From NCBI GenBank assembly GCA_002633005.1, contig NMRA01000008.1, positions 2,122,598-2,186,597 on the forward strand: a stretch of 64,000 bases of DNA, written 5' to 3'. Shown here piece by piece: positions 24,731 through 38,035 of the stretch. A program made the position numbers and the translations under genes. The notes beneath the pieces were generated by a model. That model saw only the letters and a program-made list of their open reading frames with translations. It was not told the origin of the DNA and made no database searches. Position 1 is the first letter of the stretch. Each line of letters starts with the position of its first letter. Source of the DNA: Phoronis australis. Taxonomy: Eukaryota > Animalia > Phoronida.

Positions 24731-27193
24731 TCACGTACTACAGTTCTACAAACATATCACTCGATGAGTTTTGACTAGTTCTTAGGCAGGGGAGAGACAC
24801 AAAACCCATTTTATCACTCTTTAGTTTTCATCTATTCATGTACAGCACATCATAAACTAGAGATCTGCATTTTTCATTTTCTAGCATTGGTTTAATTTTA
24901 TGTACAGTTGTTGATAGCTAATTAGGCTATAGAAATTTCTACACTATACATGTTGAAATTTCCAGCTATTTTTTATATTCTCTATAATGATTGCAATGGA
25001 ATTTTACATGGTATTTTAGGTTTATTTGCAAAATACAGGTAATAACTGCACACAACACTGACCCCTGCGTGACTTACAACCTTTGTGTTTGGGTCAAGTG
25101 CAACATGTTGTCTCTTATGCACTTGTATATCGTCCGTTAATTATGTAATGATATGCCAAATCTACACTTTTGGTCATTTAGTAATTAACAGAATTGTACG
25201 TTTCTTCATTAATTTGGCTTTGTTTCTTCGATTTCGCCAAGTATTCCAGTACATTTAGTTCTTGTTTTTTTGTTTGCCTCTGGCAAACGAGTGTTCGATC
25301 TCTAATTTTCTGGGTTTTGTTTATCTGAGAATGATTGTTAGTGTTTTTAGTTTTATTTTTGTGGTTGTAATATAGCTTATTACTGATTCCGATTTCATCA
25401 AATTCAATACCTTAGTTGGCAATTGGTTTGTTTTTGTTGCAACATTTTTGTCTTAATTATAATGTATATAACAGCTGGGTTATGAAATGCAATGAATGTA
25501 CTTGTGGATTCTATTGTGAAATTGGAAAATACAGATAACAAGTGATATGCATTCCGTTATGAGTGTGTTGCACATGCTTGTCCTCAGCTGCATGCTTCAG
25601 CTTATAAACACGCCAAGAATTATACAACACTTCTTGACTTACCTCAAAATCCAGCTGCTGCCAGGTGGTTTTGCAATTGGCACGTATGTTTTCATATGTT
25701 GCAAACCCAGCAGAATTAACGAGGAACATATTATTCCAACCTTTAAGTGTTTTAGGTCGTAAAAGTCACACTTCTTGTCCAATTTCCAAAATTCAAAAAC
25801 CTAATTAACAAACTGTTCAAACATGCTATTCACAAGCTTTGCAAATGAAATAGTATTGTTGCCTCCAATATAATTATGATGGTCTCGTCCAGAAGATGAC
25901 AACATCATAAGCCTGAGACTATTTAATTAACCACAACAGCATGGTGTCCCCAATTTAAACCCACAGATTCTGTGGTGCGCAAACCGGTCGAGTTGCCAAA
26001 TCTTGACTGGTCAGGATGTCAGTGTAAGATTCTTTTCATGAACACTTCACGAGTGCAGGGTTTAATCTGTACTCGATAATCAACTAAAAAATTGAGTCGA
26101 GTCTTGATTTCGGAGATTAGACAATGAGCCCTGTTCAACTAGGTTGTGCTTCTAGTTTATATTCTCAACAGATACACAAATCGCAATCTGAATAATTTTT
26201 ATTTTAGTGAAATTTGTAAAACTTTCATTGCACCAAAGCTGCATACTGCAACAGTTTGGTCAAAATAGACCACTACAAACCGGAATAAGGTCTGGGGCAG
26301 CAAAGCAACTTACAGATTTGGCCATGAATAAAATCAATGAGTTGTGACCTCACACAATCACATGTCACTCCTGAATGGCTGTAAACTGCAGTGTTCTCCA
26401 CAACAGGAATTCAAACTCTACTTGAATTTCAAAATTCATGTTAATGCGTTCAAAAGTCAATGTCTATACTGTGGAGAGTTTGTATGTTTTAACTCAGTCT
26501 CGGAATAAATTCATTGAACTTCTACCAAAAGTCCAACATGTCCTGATTTGCTGAAGAAATGACTGATCTCCCAATACTTCAAACTCGTTGCCCAGGTTTT
26601 TAAACTCGACACAAGTGAGCCAAACTCGTCACGGCAAAATTCAAAATTGACGTCGTAGAAACAAACTTGATTTAGACCTATTACTGATTAAAAATTAGAA
26701 ATTTCTAAATTTGCAAAGAAATAACAGTGCATAATTCATTGAGATACCTGTTCAGCACATTAAATGACACTGTGACAAGCCATTTCACTGGTGCTGACTC
26801 TAAAGCAATACCGAACAATTACTTCTTTCAAAGCCATTAAATCATCTCCAAGACTATTAAGCAATTTCAGACCAATTTCATAATGGTAATTGGTCTAAAT
26901 TCAAAATTTGGTTTTGTGATGGAAGGAAGCTATAGCTGTTTTAATCATCTCGGGCGTTCATAGGAAAATGTAATTGTTGAATATGCAAATCACACCTTTT
27001 CCACTTCACTGCCACGCACAACCTACTATAGAACAACCTGCACCATTACAACTTACCCCACATTTAAGTGGAGTGTCCACACACACATCAGATGACTAGG
27101 GTGAGGTGGAAGATGTCGCTCTGTGCATGACAATGACCAGCTGATGAGAGTGCCGGCCGCAAAAGAAAATCCGTCTGTATGTAACCGCAGGTG

Positions 27194-27328
27194 CATGGGC
27201 GGCGCACCATAGGGTGCTATAGCCCTCACTTTTTTCAGTGCTACGCCGCGCATGGTCTATAGGCGATGCACCACAGGGGGCTGAGGGGACTTTAGCCCCC
27301 CACTTTTTTCAGTGCTGCGCCGCCCATG
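27194..27328. mobile_element. MITE with CATGGGCGGCGCA TIRs and 5-bp TSD (AGGTG)
   Basis: Perfect 13-bp TIRs; aggtg at 27189-27193 and 27329-27333; internal direct repeat cacttttttcagtgct. Confidence 0.8.
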
Positions 27329-27392
27329 AGGTGATAGCTGATAATTACTTCCACCTTGCCCAGCAATTAGAAGTGGTGCAATTGTCTCTAGA

Positions 27393-28006
27393 ACAAGTTA
27401 CCCTACCCCGATAAGGTGGAGTAAGTTCTCACAAGTTACCCTACCCCGATAAGGTGGAGTAAGTTCTCACAAGTTACCCTACCCCGATAAGGTGGAGTAA
27501 GTTCTCACAAGTTACCCTACCCCGATAAGGTGGAGTAAGTTCTCACAAGTTACCCTACCCCGATAAGGTGGAGTAAGTTCTCACAAGTTACCCTACCCCG
27601 ATAAGGTGGAGTAAGTTCTCACAAGTTACCCTACCCCGATAAGGTGGAGTAAGTTCTCACAAGTTACCCTACCCCGATAAGGTGGAGTAAGTTCTCACAA
27701 GTTACCCTACCCCGATAAGGTGGAGTAAGTTCTCACAAGTTACCCTACCCCGATAAGGTGGAGTAAGTTCTCACAAGTTACCCTACCCCGATAAGGTGGA
27801 GTAAGTTCTCACAAGTTACCCTACCCCGATAAGGTGGAGTAAGTTCTCACAAGTTACCCTACCCCGATAAGGTGGAGTAAGTTCTCACAAGTTACCCTAC
27901 CCCGATAAGGTGGAGTAAGTTCTCACAAGTTACCCTACCCCGATAAGGTGGAGTAAGTTCTCACAAGTTACCCTACCCCGATAAGGTGGAGTAAGTTCTC
28001 ACAAGT
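27393..28006. repeat. Minisatellite, 38-bp unit x16 (ACAAGTTACCCTACCCCGATAAGGTGGAGTAAGTTCTC)
   Basis: 608 bp equals 16 identical units, plus a 6-bp partial unit; no spacers. Confidence 0.97.
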
Positions 28007-29101
28007 GGGACAAGTCGCACTCATTTAAATAGCATCCACACAGCACTCAAACCCAGCAACAACTCGTTTCAGGAGTAAATTGTTCTAGGGTAAGTCAGTG
28101 TGTGGACGGCACTCAAGTCACTAAAAGTAGTGCCACTCGCATATGTAGCGATCATATTTATCCAGTACCCACACAGCATGTAGAGATAATAGCCAGATGA
28201 TGGCATGTTACTTGTAGTCCCTAAAATCCCAGATTGCCTCATGGCCACTTTGTATCAGGCAAGGCTGCGTAATGCTTTAAAAGTATCCTTTACACTACCC
28301 CCAAGTTGACATCAGATTCTGTTCAATGTTTAATCCTCGACTTCAAATCGCAAGCACACTTTCATATTTCTTAAATAATACTGTGATAATGGCAAAAAGA
28401 ATACATATGAAACATTTGTATGCCTCAAAAGAATATGCAAAATCTAGGTGTTCATATTACATGGTAAGCATCGGGCAGCAGTCTCTGGCCTCAATTAGAC
28501 AAATACGATGTCGTCATATGTTCACGTACTTACCAATTTGATCAATTGTAATTAACGAGTGAGCTGACAGTTAACAGAATGAATTAAAAACAATACCAAT
28601 AATCCATTTTTACAAATTTATTGAAATCAATTTTTTTAACGGTTTAAACGAAGACCATTACAATAAAAAAATCCAATTAATATTAATATGCACTACACGT
28701 ACCATCATTTTTGCAAACTGTTTTCAACAACATGTTTCACTAACATGTGTCAGTATACAGAGTAATATAAGTTAAGTTCCCACATGCTCAAATATTGTAC
28801 AAGACCTGTCAGAGAAACAGCCACTTCTCAAGAAACACAAAACACCCTCTCCAATTCTAAGAAAAGTACCCACAATGCTGTGCATCAATAGGTACTTGGC
28901 CTAAAGAGGGAAGACTGGGACTACTCAATAAAGGAACAGCAGGCGCACTGCAAGAGTTTCTTTTTTTATTCTGTTGTTAATTAAACAACATTAGTCATTC
29001 AAAGACTGAAATGGTTCAACTTTTAATGACAGATTCATTTTTACAGCTTGTAGTGTCAAAAATGACCTACAGTGCAAGTGAATTTATTTTTTTGTTAAAC
29101 T

Positions 29102-29327
29102 TGAATAGATCGTAAGGCAGTTACATCTCATATCCTAACTGAATGCTTCTTACATGTTGGGATTTGAACAGGCAGTGTTCACAGATCCTGGACTTTTATG
29201 ACAGGCTTCTTTTGTTTGGGATGCCAGTACCTAAAGTCCAGGATCTGTGAACACTGCCTGTTCAAATCCCAACATGTAAGAAGCATTCAGTAAGGATGTG
29301 AGATGCAACTTCCTCATGATCTTTTCA
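29102..29327. repeat. Long inverted repeat (95-bp arms, inner 59 bp perfect, 36-nt loop)
   Basis: 29138-29196 is the exact reverse complement of 29233-29291; the outer 36 bp carry 7 mismatches. Confidence 0.95.
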
Positions 29328-30645
29328 TTTCTGAGTCAGCACTATCCCCCAATGTCAAGGTAGAGCTGGATGGCTCATTGATGTGCTCACACCAACTAAA
29401 CCAGGTAATTTTTTCACAAATATAATTTTTATTTAACTGCTACTATTAGCACCAACAGTTGCAATTGTTAAAACCTTCCTGATTTTAGTGGCTGAAGGTA
29501 AGGCAATAGGTTATACAACTATTGCAGCTGCTTGCTATATCACTGTGACGAGGAGTTATAACCTTGCAGCAGTTATACCCTTTACAACCGTTTCTAGGCT
29601 TTTAATCATGAGATGCAATCTTTAGAGCTTGGAATGACCAATGAGAAAAAAAGAGGAAAATTTTCCAGGTGATGTGTCGTTCCACAAATAGGCTTGTGCG
29701 ATAGACATGTTTTTTGTGTTGTAAAATTTAACTGAAATAAACATTTTTGCATGAATAAAGTCAAAATAGTAATATAAAAAAGGCGAGAAAAGAGGAAACT
29801 AGAAATCAAGTCGAAACCAAAAACAAGGAAATCCTCTTAAAAGAGGAAAATTCCAAGCCCTGAACCTTTGAACCATGTTTAAAATGGCATTGTTACCCAG
29901 AAGAACTAACTTTTGATTTAAACCACATCCTGCTATAAAATTGGTCTCAATGTGCTCACTTATGAGATGAAAATGTATTTTGTGTTCTCCTAAAGAACTG
30001 GCACTTCGTTATTCCTCAAGAGCGTGCTTGGCAAATAAAATGAAACGCTGTGACAAGTCCTCTAGTAAAGCCTTGTCTCAAGCAATAAGGAACTGTCACT
30101 TTTTTCAAAGTCAAGAAATCACAAGAGACAATTTTAGACTGTAAAGTGGTCTAAATCTAAAGTTGATTTTTTGTGGCATATGGCAGGTTCAAGGCTGCTT
30201 TAAAAGTAACCACCACTTTGGTGCGAACAGTAAGCATGAAATTTGGGTTCTGGCGAGGGTCTGGTAAAATGGGTCAATACACTATAATGACCAGCTTACT
30301 ATGTTCCAGCTGACCAAGGCAGCTCTAACATGAAACTAGTGGGACAATTCATGGATCACCGCACCTAAGGAAAGTAACAGTGGTGTTGTTGTGCTTCTTC
30401 ATACAGTAAGCAATTGTGTGCATGCTTAAAAAGTAAGAGTGTCACCTGCTACAATTTTAAGCCAAAATAGTCCGGCGAATAGCCCTGTTTGGAAGAGTAT
30501 TCCGTCTGCTACACTACGATGCCAAATTGCGAACCACATCTCTAGCGCATTCCAGATTCCAAAGCAGTGTCTCAAACAGACGATAAAATCTCAGGATGGT
30601 GGTCGCTGTAGTGACATGAACTATCAAAGCAGAGCTGGCGATGCA

Positions 30646-33600
30646 TCATAAATAGATGAGTTTGGCATCAGCAGGGGACTGTTCCATTGGACAGTAAGGA
30701 CATTTAACTCTGGAATAAAAATCATAGGAATACAAATACGAAGGTTTGAGATTAGAGAATGAAAGAACAAAATCAAATTTAAAGACATTCAATTTTAACT
30801 TAATTTGTATTACTGGAGAATATATATATAAGTATATTTTTACATTTTATTTAAATTTTATTAAAAAAGGAAGCATTATTCAAAACTACACTTCGCCCTG
30901 TATAACTGGCTAAAAAGGAAAATTGAAATTAGTCATTTTATTCTCATATAATCAATCTCATAATATTCTTTACCGTGACAGGATTCTATCTCTGTTTCCA
31001 ACTCAAGTCACAGACAACGTGTACACGTGATATTTTTGACTTCTCAATTTTAAGAATAGGCAACCCCAATAAACTCTGAACCACTTTCTTGAGTGGCAGA
31101 TTATTAGAATGTTCTTGTTGGCCTAGCGTGTAAAACAAAACCTGCTTACGTTATTCCAAACTTCTATTGTGCTTTTTTACTACACATGAAGCCTTACTTG
31201 TTTCCACTGGCCAGCTTGCCAAGAGCATCCTTTGAAATAACGTGCCCACACACCAAACGTACAGGGGGGTTGTTGTCTGTTGCCTGCTGTCGCAGAATAG
31301 GACAGGCAAAGATAGAGTGATAGCGGCAGTCATGTCCTAGGTCAATCTCCACCTAGAGGCAGAAATGTGTATTACTTGTAAACAGTTTTTCATAAGCAGG
31401 AACAGTATGAAGTTGCAGTAGTGATAGAATGATATCTCACATGTAAAGACAGTATGAATATTTGACAACTATGGAGACAAGAGAAAAATTAGAAAATACA
31501 TAACTCACAATTTGCAGTTTGTGAATAATAGGAGAGGAAGATATAAGGTGGGGGGGGGGGAGGGCTGCAAGCCCAGGGAGCCAAGTTCCCCTCCAGTCAC
31601 AATAAAAAAACGACACACCATTTTAGGGAAGTTATGAAGGTCTGTACTTCGTAGACACCCTCACTCCATGATATCTTAAATCTGTGGTGAATACAAAATA
31701 AACTCCACAAAATTTCTCATAGTGCTCATAATAAAAAAGGAAGGCTTTAACTGGTAATGCATTTGCGCTAAGAGCAACCTTTTCCCAATTTCCTTCGCAG
31801 TCTTGTCAACAGTAAATCACACCACTACGTAGCACATAGTAATGGTTTAAGTACACCAGAACAAAAGGCAGTCTTGCGGCGACATCACCACATACTTACC
31901 GGTAGTTCGTCCTTTGCGTTCCACACTCCACTGACCTGTCTCTGTTGCATCACCTGCTTAATGTTGAGCAGAGGCGGCAGGGCAGCACATCCAGCGTGAA
32001 CACTATACAACAACAAAGAATGGCAACACTTGAAATCTCACCAATTTTGGACATAATAAGTGAAATTTTTAACTTTTTCATAAAAGATGAGTAGCACCAA
32101 ATAAATGCTACATCAAATTTAAAGCCACAGGTCACTCACTGTTCATGAAACAGATCCTAGGGCCCAGTTGCATAAAACTCTAATCAGAACTTAACCACTG
32201 AATAAGTTTGATTGGTGCATGGCATCAAAAAGCATTATTCAACAATAGCTGTAAAGTGGCATGAGCTAGAGTAAGTGTAACGTAATTTCTGATTCATCTT
32301 CTAGCTATTATGCAACTGGATATAGGTGAGAATAATATCAAGTACAAAGGGTTCATTTTAGAAAAATACAGTAGCCTCATCAATCGATTAATTGGACCTT
32401 TCTTGTCAATTGCAAAGGCTTTTAACATTGCTGTTAATGCCCGAAATTTCCCAAAAACTTGTCGGATGGTGATTATGGTCTATAACTTAAAAACGGTCGG
32501 CATTAATTTTGCACCACTATCTTTCGTTTTGGAAAAAACCGAAAAGATCAATTTTAAATGAAAATTGAAACTTGTCCGTCATCACATTGTGTCTAAAAAT
32601 CTCGAAGTGCCACCAAAGATTTTAATGCAGCAACAGCAGATTGATTCCAAAAATGACTACTGCAACCCATCGAGAATAGTATCTGTAAATTTTTGAAACC
32701 AGTGTAATTCTGAAGGAGACCTTAGGTAGACAATGCCGGTGAGTATCACTCTTAATGCTCTCAAGTGGGTAAAACACACTTACAGGAGTCCTGCACTTTG
32801 AGAACCAGTTTCCTCCACTGAACAACAGGCATCAAACTGGTTCTCAAAATACCTGAACACTGTAAGTGACCATTGCCCTCAAAGGGTTTAGGGCACCTCA
32901 TCCGAGCAATTTTGAGAATTTTGAAGCCATTAGGTGAATTGTGATTAATGTCATAAAGTATGACTTAAAAATAGATCTGCTGTAAAGTTAACAACTAGTT
33001 CATGTTTTTTTATTCTACAAACTCTTTGTTTTATGTCAGGACTTGAGGCAATCCAAAAGAATAAACGCAAATGAACGAGAGACTGTCAACTATGTGCACC
33101 CGTAATAACACATTGATGCCTTACCAGATCAGGTAACTACTGAGTGATTGTTTTGCATCATACCTTTTTCACACTGAATTATTTCATAAACCGCTAAGCC
33201 AAGTAAATTGTATACCAACCTGACACTGAGAGGACTTTCAACAGAGAGACCCATCAGCGCACAGGCATCCCGTGTGAATATCTCACAAATTTCGTCCCAC
33301 AATTCAGGATCCAAAAGGTGCTGGTATGGCGAATTTTGAATCCCATTTCTCAGGAATAGCAAACTTCCCATTAAAACCTGAAGATCTAAAAATAAAGAGA
33401 AAAATTTAAACACACACCCCAAAACTCATGCTGGAAAATGCAAGAAAAATTACATCTGGTTACTTCTATTTAAACAGAATTACATTAAAGATATCACAAA
33501 TTGGCTTGTTTCTTTTAGCATGGTTTCACTGTTTTCATTTCGGAAATGATTATTCCTATTTCAATGCTATTATCGCTCAAATATATCCAACATTTGAAAA

Positions 33601-36600
33601 AGTTAAAATTCAACAGCACTATTACATCCCCACATCTCCACTTCACATTATAATTTGCTCATTATCATAATCTATGTAAGCGAATAAGAGACACCACATG
33701 CTGACAATCTGAAAACGGATACTTTGATGTGGAAAACATGTGATAACATTGAACCCTTGAGGTGGATTATCACAGGAATAATACATAATGATAATCACAA
33801 ACATTTTTAAGTCTGGTCTGCACGCCACCTGTTGGTCACATCACGTGACCTAATGAACTATTTCTGAAAAATAATTAAATGTCACTTGAGCAAAAGTGCA
33901 AAGTGTCTGAGAATATACACATAACCGCGAGGTTTATTCAACAATTGTAAAATTCCTGTCTCAAGTCTTAAGTCACTTTCATGAAACAGATCCCAGATGC
34001 TATCGTTTGGTCTAACAGTCATATTACTGATACAACACTAAATACAGTTGTAAGAAATGAGGTCACCTTTAAATAGGTTGGAGAGAAACTGGCCAGTATC
34101 TGAAACAGCACTATATATAGCTTTAACAAATGGGGTCACCTTTAATTTAGGTTGGTGAGAAACTGGCCAACTGAAACAACACTACATTATAGCTACCGTA
34201 TAACAAGTGAGCTCACCTTTAATGTAGGTAGGTGAGAAACCAGCCAGTAATTGTGCTTGTTGCAAAGCTTCTTGCTGTTTAGTGCGACCGATGGAGACCA
34301 GTTCGATGAATCGCAGCTTGTGTAACTTAAACTCCAGAGAGCTGTTAATGGTTGCCAAATCTTCTCTGTGTTGGCTGGTCCATCTAGTATTATGACAAAC
34401 ACTTTTGTTATTTTCACTTTCATTAACTCCCGTTGAGTTCTGCATTTGACAACACTTTACTCAAAGCTGCCTTGGACAAAATTCCCCTCCTCACCATGGC
34501 AACTTATTGCTCGCCACGAGATATTCTAATGATGAGTACCTTGCACTTAGTTGTGGGGAATTTTGTGTGCAATAGGTAACAAGTGCGTTTTGCCTATCCC
34601 TTCTACCGGTAATGGTCTGATATAATGTGTCTGAATTTTGAGAACCAGTTTTCCCCACAAAACAACGGGCATCAAACTGGTTCTCAAAATACGGGCATGT
34701 TATATCAGATTATTGCCCCTTCTACCACCAGATGTTTGTATTTAGAGATTACAACTATTATCACGAACACAGATAACACGATATTTGATGCACAAATGAC
34801 ATCTACCATAAGTGTCACTTATGAATAATATTTGTGAAAAAAGTAGTGATGTGTTACGGATTCAGTCTATGACACACTTTTCTACTGACCTGAGTGCTGG
34901 GTCCAAATCCCGTTGCTTCAATGATTCTAGAATTCTGTGCAACTCTAAAAATGGTTCCTTTTTGTCTTCAGCAATTTCTAGTTTTGCATCCTAAAATGGT
35001 TTGTGTTTTGTACATTAATAAATACATGAAATCAGAACTAAAATATAAAGCCCTTTCACACTAACTGTGAGCAGAGCATCGATGTAAACTGCGAAGTTAT
35101 ATTGAACCGTTCATACCAGCTTCGGCATCAAAGTAAATGATAGGTGGTGCTGGCATCATAGAATTAATTTGCAAGGTGGCGCTGATGCATCCTGTGCATG
35201 CTAAGATTTTTTAATGTGGGAATTTGAGAACATTTACGTGTGATAATTGACATTAAACTTATTTCTAATTCAATAAATGATTATTTGAGGAAAATATATT
35301 AAGCAACTACTAGCGACGACTCTGCCTGCTAGTTTTTGATGATAGCAGTGGCCCCTTCGATGAGACTGAAGTTGACCGTTCATACGACACCGCAGCGTTG
35401 ACGCTCTGCTGTTAAATCCACCTGTTTACTGCGAAGTTAACCATTCATACTGACTGCAACTCCCCAAAACACTGACAAATCGATGTTAGTATGAAAGAGC
35501 CTATACGCTTTTTAAGTTTGCTGAATTTCAGTGTCAATGAAAATCATGTCAATTGTACAGTAATTCTTATACAATGCAGACTTGTGAAATTTTATTTTTT
35601 CAAATTTATCTTCGAAAATAATTATTGGGAAAATTCTACTTCATTTTTAGCTTGACTTGTACATTGTAGATGTCAACAAACAATATTTTCTTCAACTATC
35701 TGCAGCGAAGTAATCGATCTTTGAAAATTTGAAAAACGACAGTTATGTCAATTATTTTTTTGCAAAATAAGAGAAAAACTACCACTACATTAGACCACTA
35801 ATGACTGATTATGAGGTACAGGTGTTGCTAATTACAATCTAGTTCACTAAATGACAAATCTCTTCACACAAAATGCCTAAACTAACAACCCAACAAGCTT
35901 TAAATAGTTTTTATGAACTTCGAATGATCCCCACTGTGAAGCAGAGAACTTCCTCAGTTTGGATTTCATAAGGGGGACCGGTGGAAAGTGCGTCCACATT
36001 AAACCGAGTGATGGTGCATCAAAGCCTTGCAAACGTCTCTCATTAATAATGCACAAAACTTTTACAATATGGCTAAAGCCGCAGGAACAACAGCTGCCAT
36101 TGTACATCAAGGGAAATTCATTATCGTAGAAAGCAGGGGTGACCTATTTATAGCAAGGAACGCATTCAGTATAGCTGGGACTTTGCAAGTTTGCAGATGT
36201 CATGAAGTAAAGTTAGCATTTTCAAGATGCTCTTAGTACGCAGATGCCTTTACTAAGTAAACGTATTCTAAAAACATGATGGCCGCCATTGGCATAACTG
36301 GTTGGGGGTGCTACTGGCCACCGTTGTTTTCACACCCAAGGCTATGCCATCAACCATTACTGAAAAATGGTGGGATGGCTGCACAAAATTTTTACACAAA
36401 AGAGCAACTAGAGCACAAAAAAGACAACGGAATATATTGCTGCAGATATACCGGGAATCGTAATCTTTGTAAGTGTGCTTCAGGTTACAGCACAGTTCAC
36501 AATAAGTCATCTCACCGTGATCAACTGTTCAGCAATGTCCATCATTCCATGGCGTAGAAAGTGTTCTGCCACGACTTCGTTAAGTAAAATACCGTGAGTA

Positions 36601-38035
36601 TCTGCGCTTAGTACATTATCATTGACGACCGAGCTGAAGTCTGATACAAAGTTCTGAAAAAGTCACAAGAAAACGCATTGCAGTTAGAACCGATAACCAC
36701 AGCAAACACTGCAGAATGTTTTGAGGTCAACTATAGCTAATGTTAGATGTTTGCACAAGGATAGCTCAATAACTGGATCGACTACTTAGTCAAGGCATTA
36801 AAAATAAATCAGAACCATAAAGTTTTGGGCAAAAAACGATGTGTTCGAAACACAGTGTTGGAAGAGGTAAAGACAGCAAACTCTGGCTAATTCCAACACC
36901 ATGTTGACTACTATAAATTTTACAATTCTGAGTGAATGTAGCAAACTTCGCACCCTTCAGTTGACACTCAAGGTTTTATACCCAATGCTATAAATCAGAG
37001 ATGGGGACACACTCCCGTTCAGTTCCGTAAAGTCTGGCCATTTTTGGACAGAAATAATTGCCAAAATTGCCAATGACCTACTCTTTTAGCAAATTACAAG
37101 GTAAATGTGAGAAAAGACCGCCCACTAAGCAACATAATGTCCAATCTGTGAGATAGCGATTACGAGCTTTTAAATGATTCTTGCCTTTAACTTGGAAGAT
37201 TGACACCCATGATGCATTAGCAGGTGACAGAACAAGGATTGGTGGAAATCATCAAAACAGAATTTAGTATCCTTTTAAGCATTATTTTGGTATGAAAAAA
37301 TAAGAACAAGAAAACGTCACTATTCTGTCAAAACGTATGCTAAATTTTGTGAAATTCTACTGCATCGCATTGGGGGATAAAGTCCTCTAATATTTGCTAA
37401 GATACACAAGTTGTTGCTTACTCTGTCAATTGCTTTGCCCACTTTGGAGACTGTACTGTGGAGGTCTTTGTGTTCCGAACTAATCTGGTTGACTGTGTCC
37501 TTGATCTTCTTTATACTCTGAGTCAGAATGAGATTCTGTGTGGGAGTAAGCTCTTGATCTGAAGGAAAGAAATGGCAGCTCTTCAAACAAAAAAGGAAGG
37601 AAACATTTAAAATACAAACAAGAATCCCTTGTCTTGTCAACATAATTAACACATAGCGACAGTGTCAGGACATGTACACGGTAAAATAGCAACATGGTAA
37701 TTTTGAGAAAATGAGAACCATTATGCCGTTCATCTGAAACACAACGCATCCGTAATTCCCGCTGCTCACGTAAAACAGTTGGAAGAGAAAAGTACAATGA
37801 GTCAGTGTGGTCGCTGAGAGTCTCGAGTCCGAGACTGGCTGGGGAACAAGTTACGGCAACGGTCACTTTTAATGCAGGACTGGGCCTTCAATTACAAACC
37901 TTCAGAGAGAGAATTACGTATTTCCGAAGTACTTTGCATTAAACAGTCAAGTGTCCTAAGCGTATGTTCATTTAAACCTCCAAATTTCGCCAAAACTTTA
38001 TCAACTTCTTTTTCCACAGCTGTACAAGAATCCAT
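30646..38035 (-). CDS. RMND5: E3 ubiquitin ligase RMND5 (GID2), CTLH complex subunit, 388 aa, 9 coding exons
   Basis: Exons 37900-38035 ([15 protein letters not shown]), 37422-37558 ([17 protein letters not shown]), 36516-36653 (LisH: [13 protein letters not shown]), 34890-34990, 34217-34383 ([12 protein letters not shown]), 33220-33385 ([17 protein letters not shown]), 31900-32002, 31198-31352 ([13 protein letters not shown]...LVCGHVIS), 30646-30709 ([11 protein letters not shown]). All phases are consistent, total 1167 nt. Confidence 0.96.
32160..32320. mobile_element. MITE (ccagttgcataa TIRs)
   Basis: ccagttgcataa ... ttatgcaactgg. Confidence 0.55.
32781..32864. mobile_element. Tiny palindromic MITE (family copy 3)
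   Basis: tttgagaaccagttt...ggcatcaaactggttctcaaaa. Confidence 0.65.
34620..34706. mobile_element. Tiny palindromic MITE (family copy 4)
   Basis: ttttgagaaccagttt...gggcatcaaactggttctcaaaa with atataa/ttatat ends. Confidence 0.65.
35049..35502. mobile_element. Harbinger-like MITE
   Basis: aagccctttcacactaac ... gttagtatgaaagagcct TIRs; internal repeats actgcgaagtt and accgttcatac. Confidence 0.6.

Noticed and set aside
27393-28006. CRISPR-like array
   Set aside because: Units are head-to-tail identical with no unique spacers, the context is eukaryotic, and there are no cas genes. It is a minisatellite.
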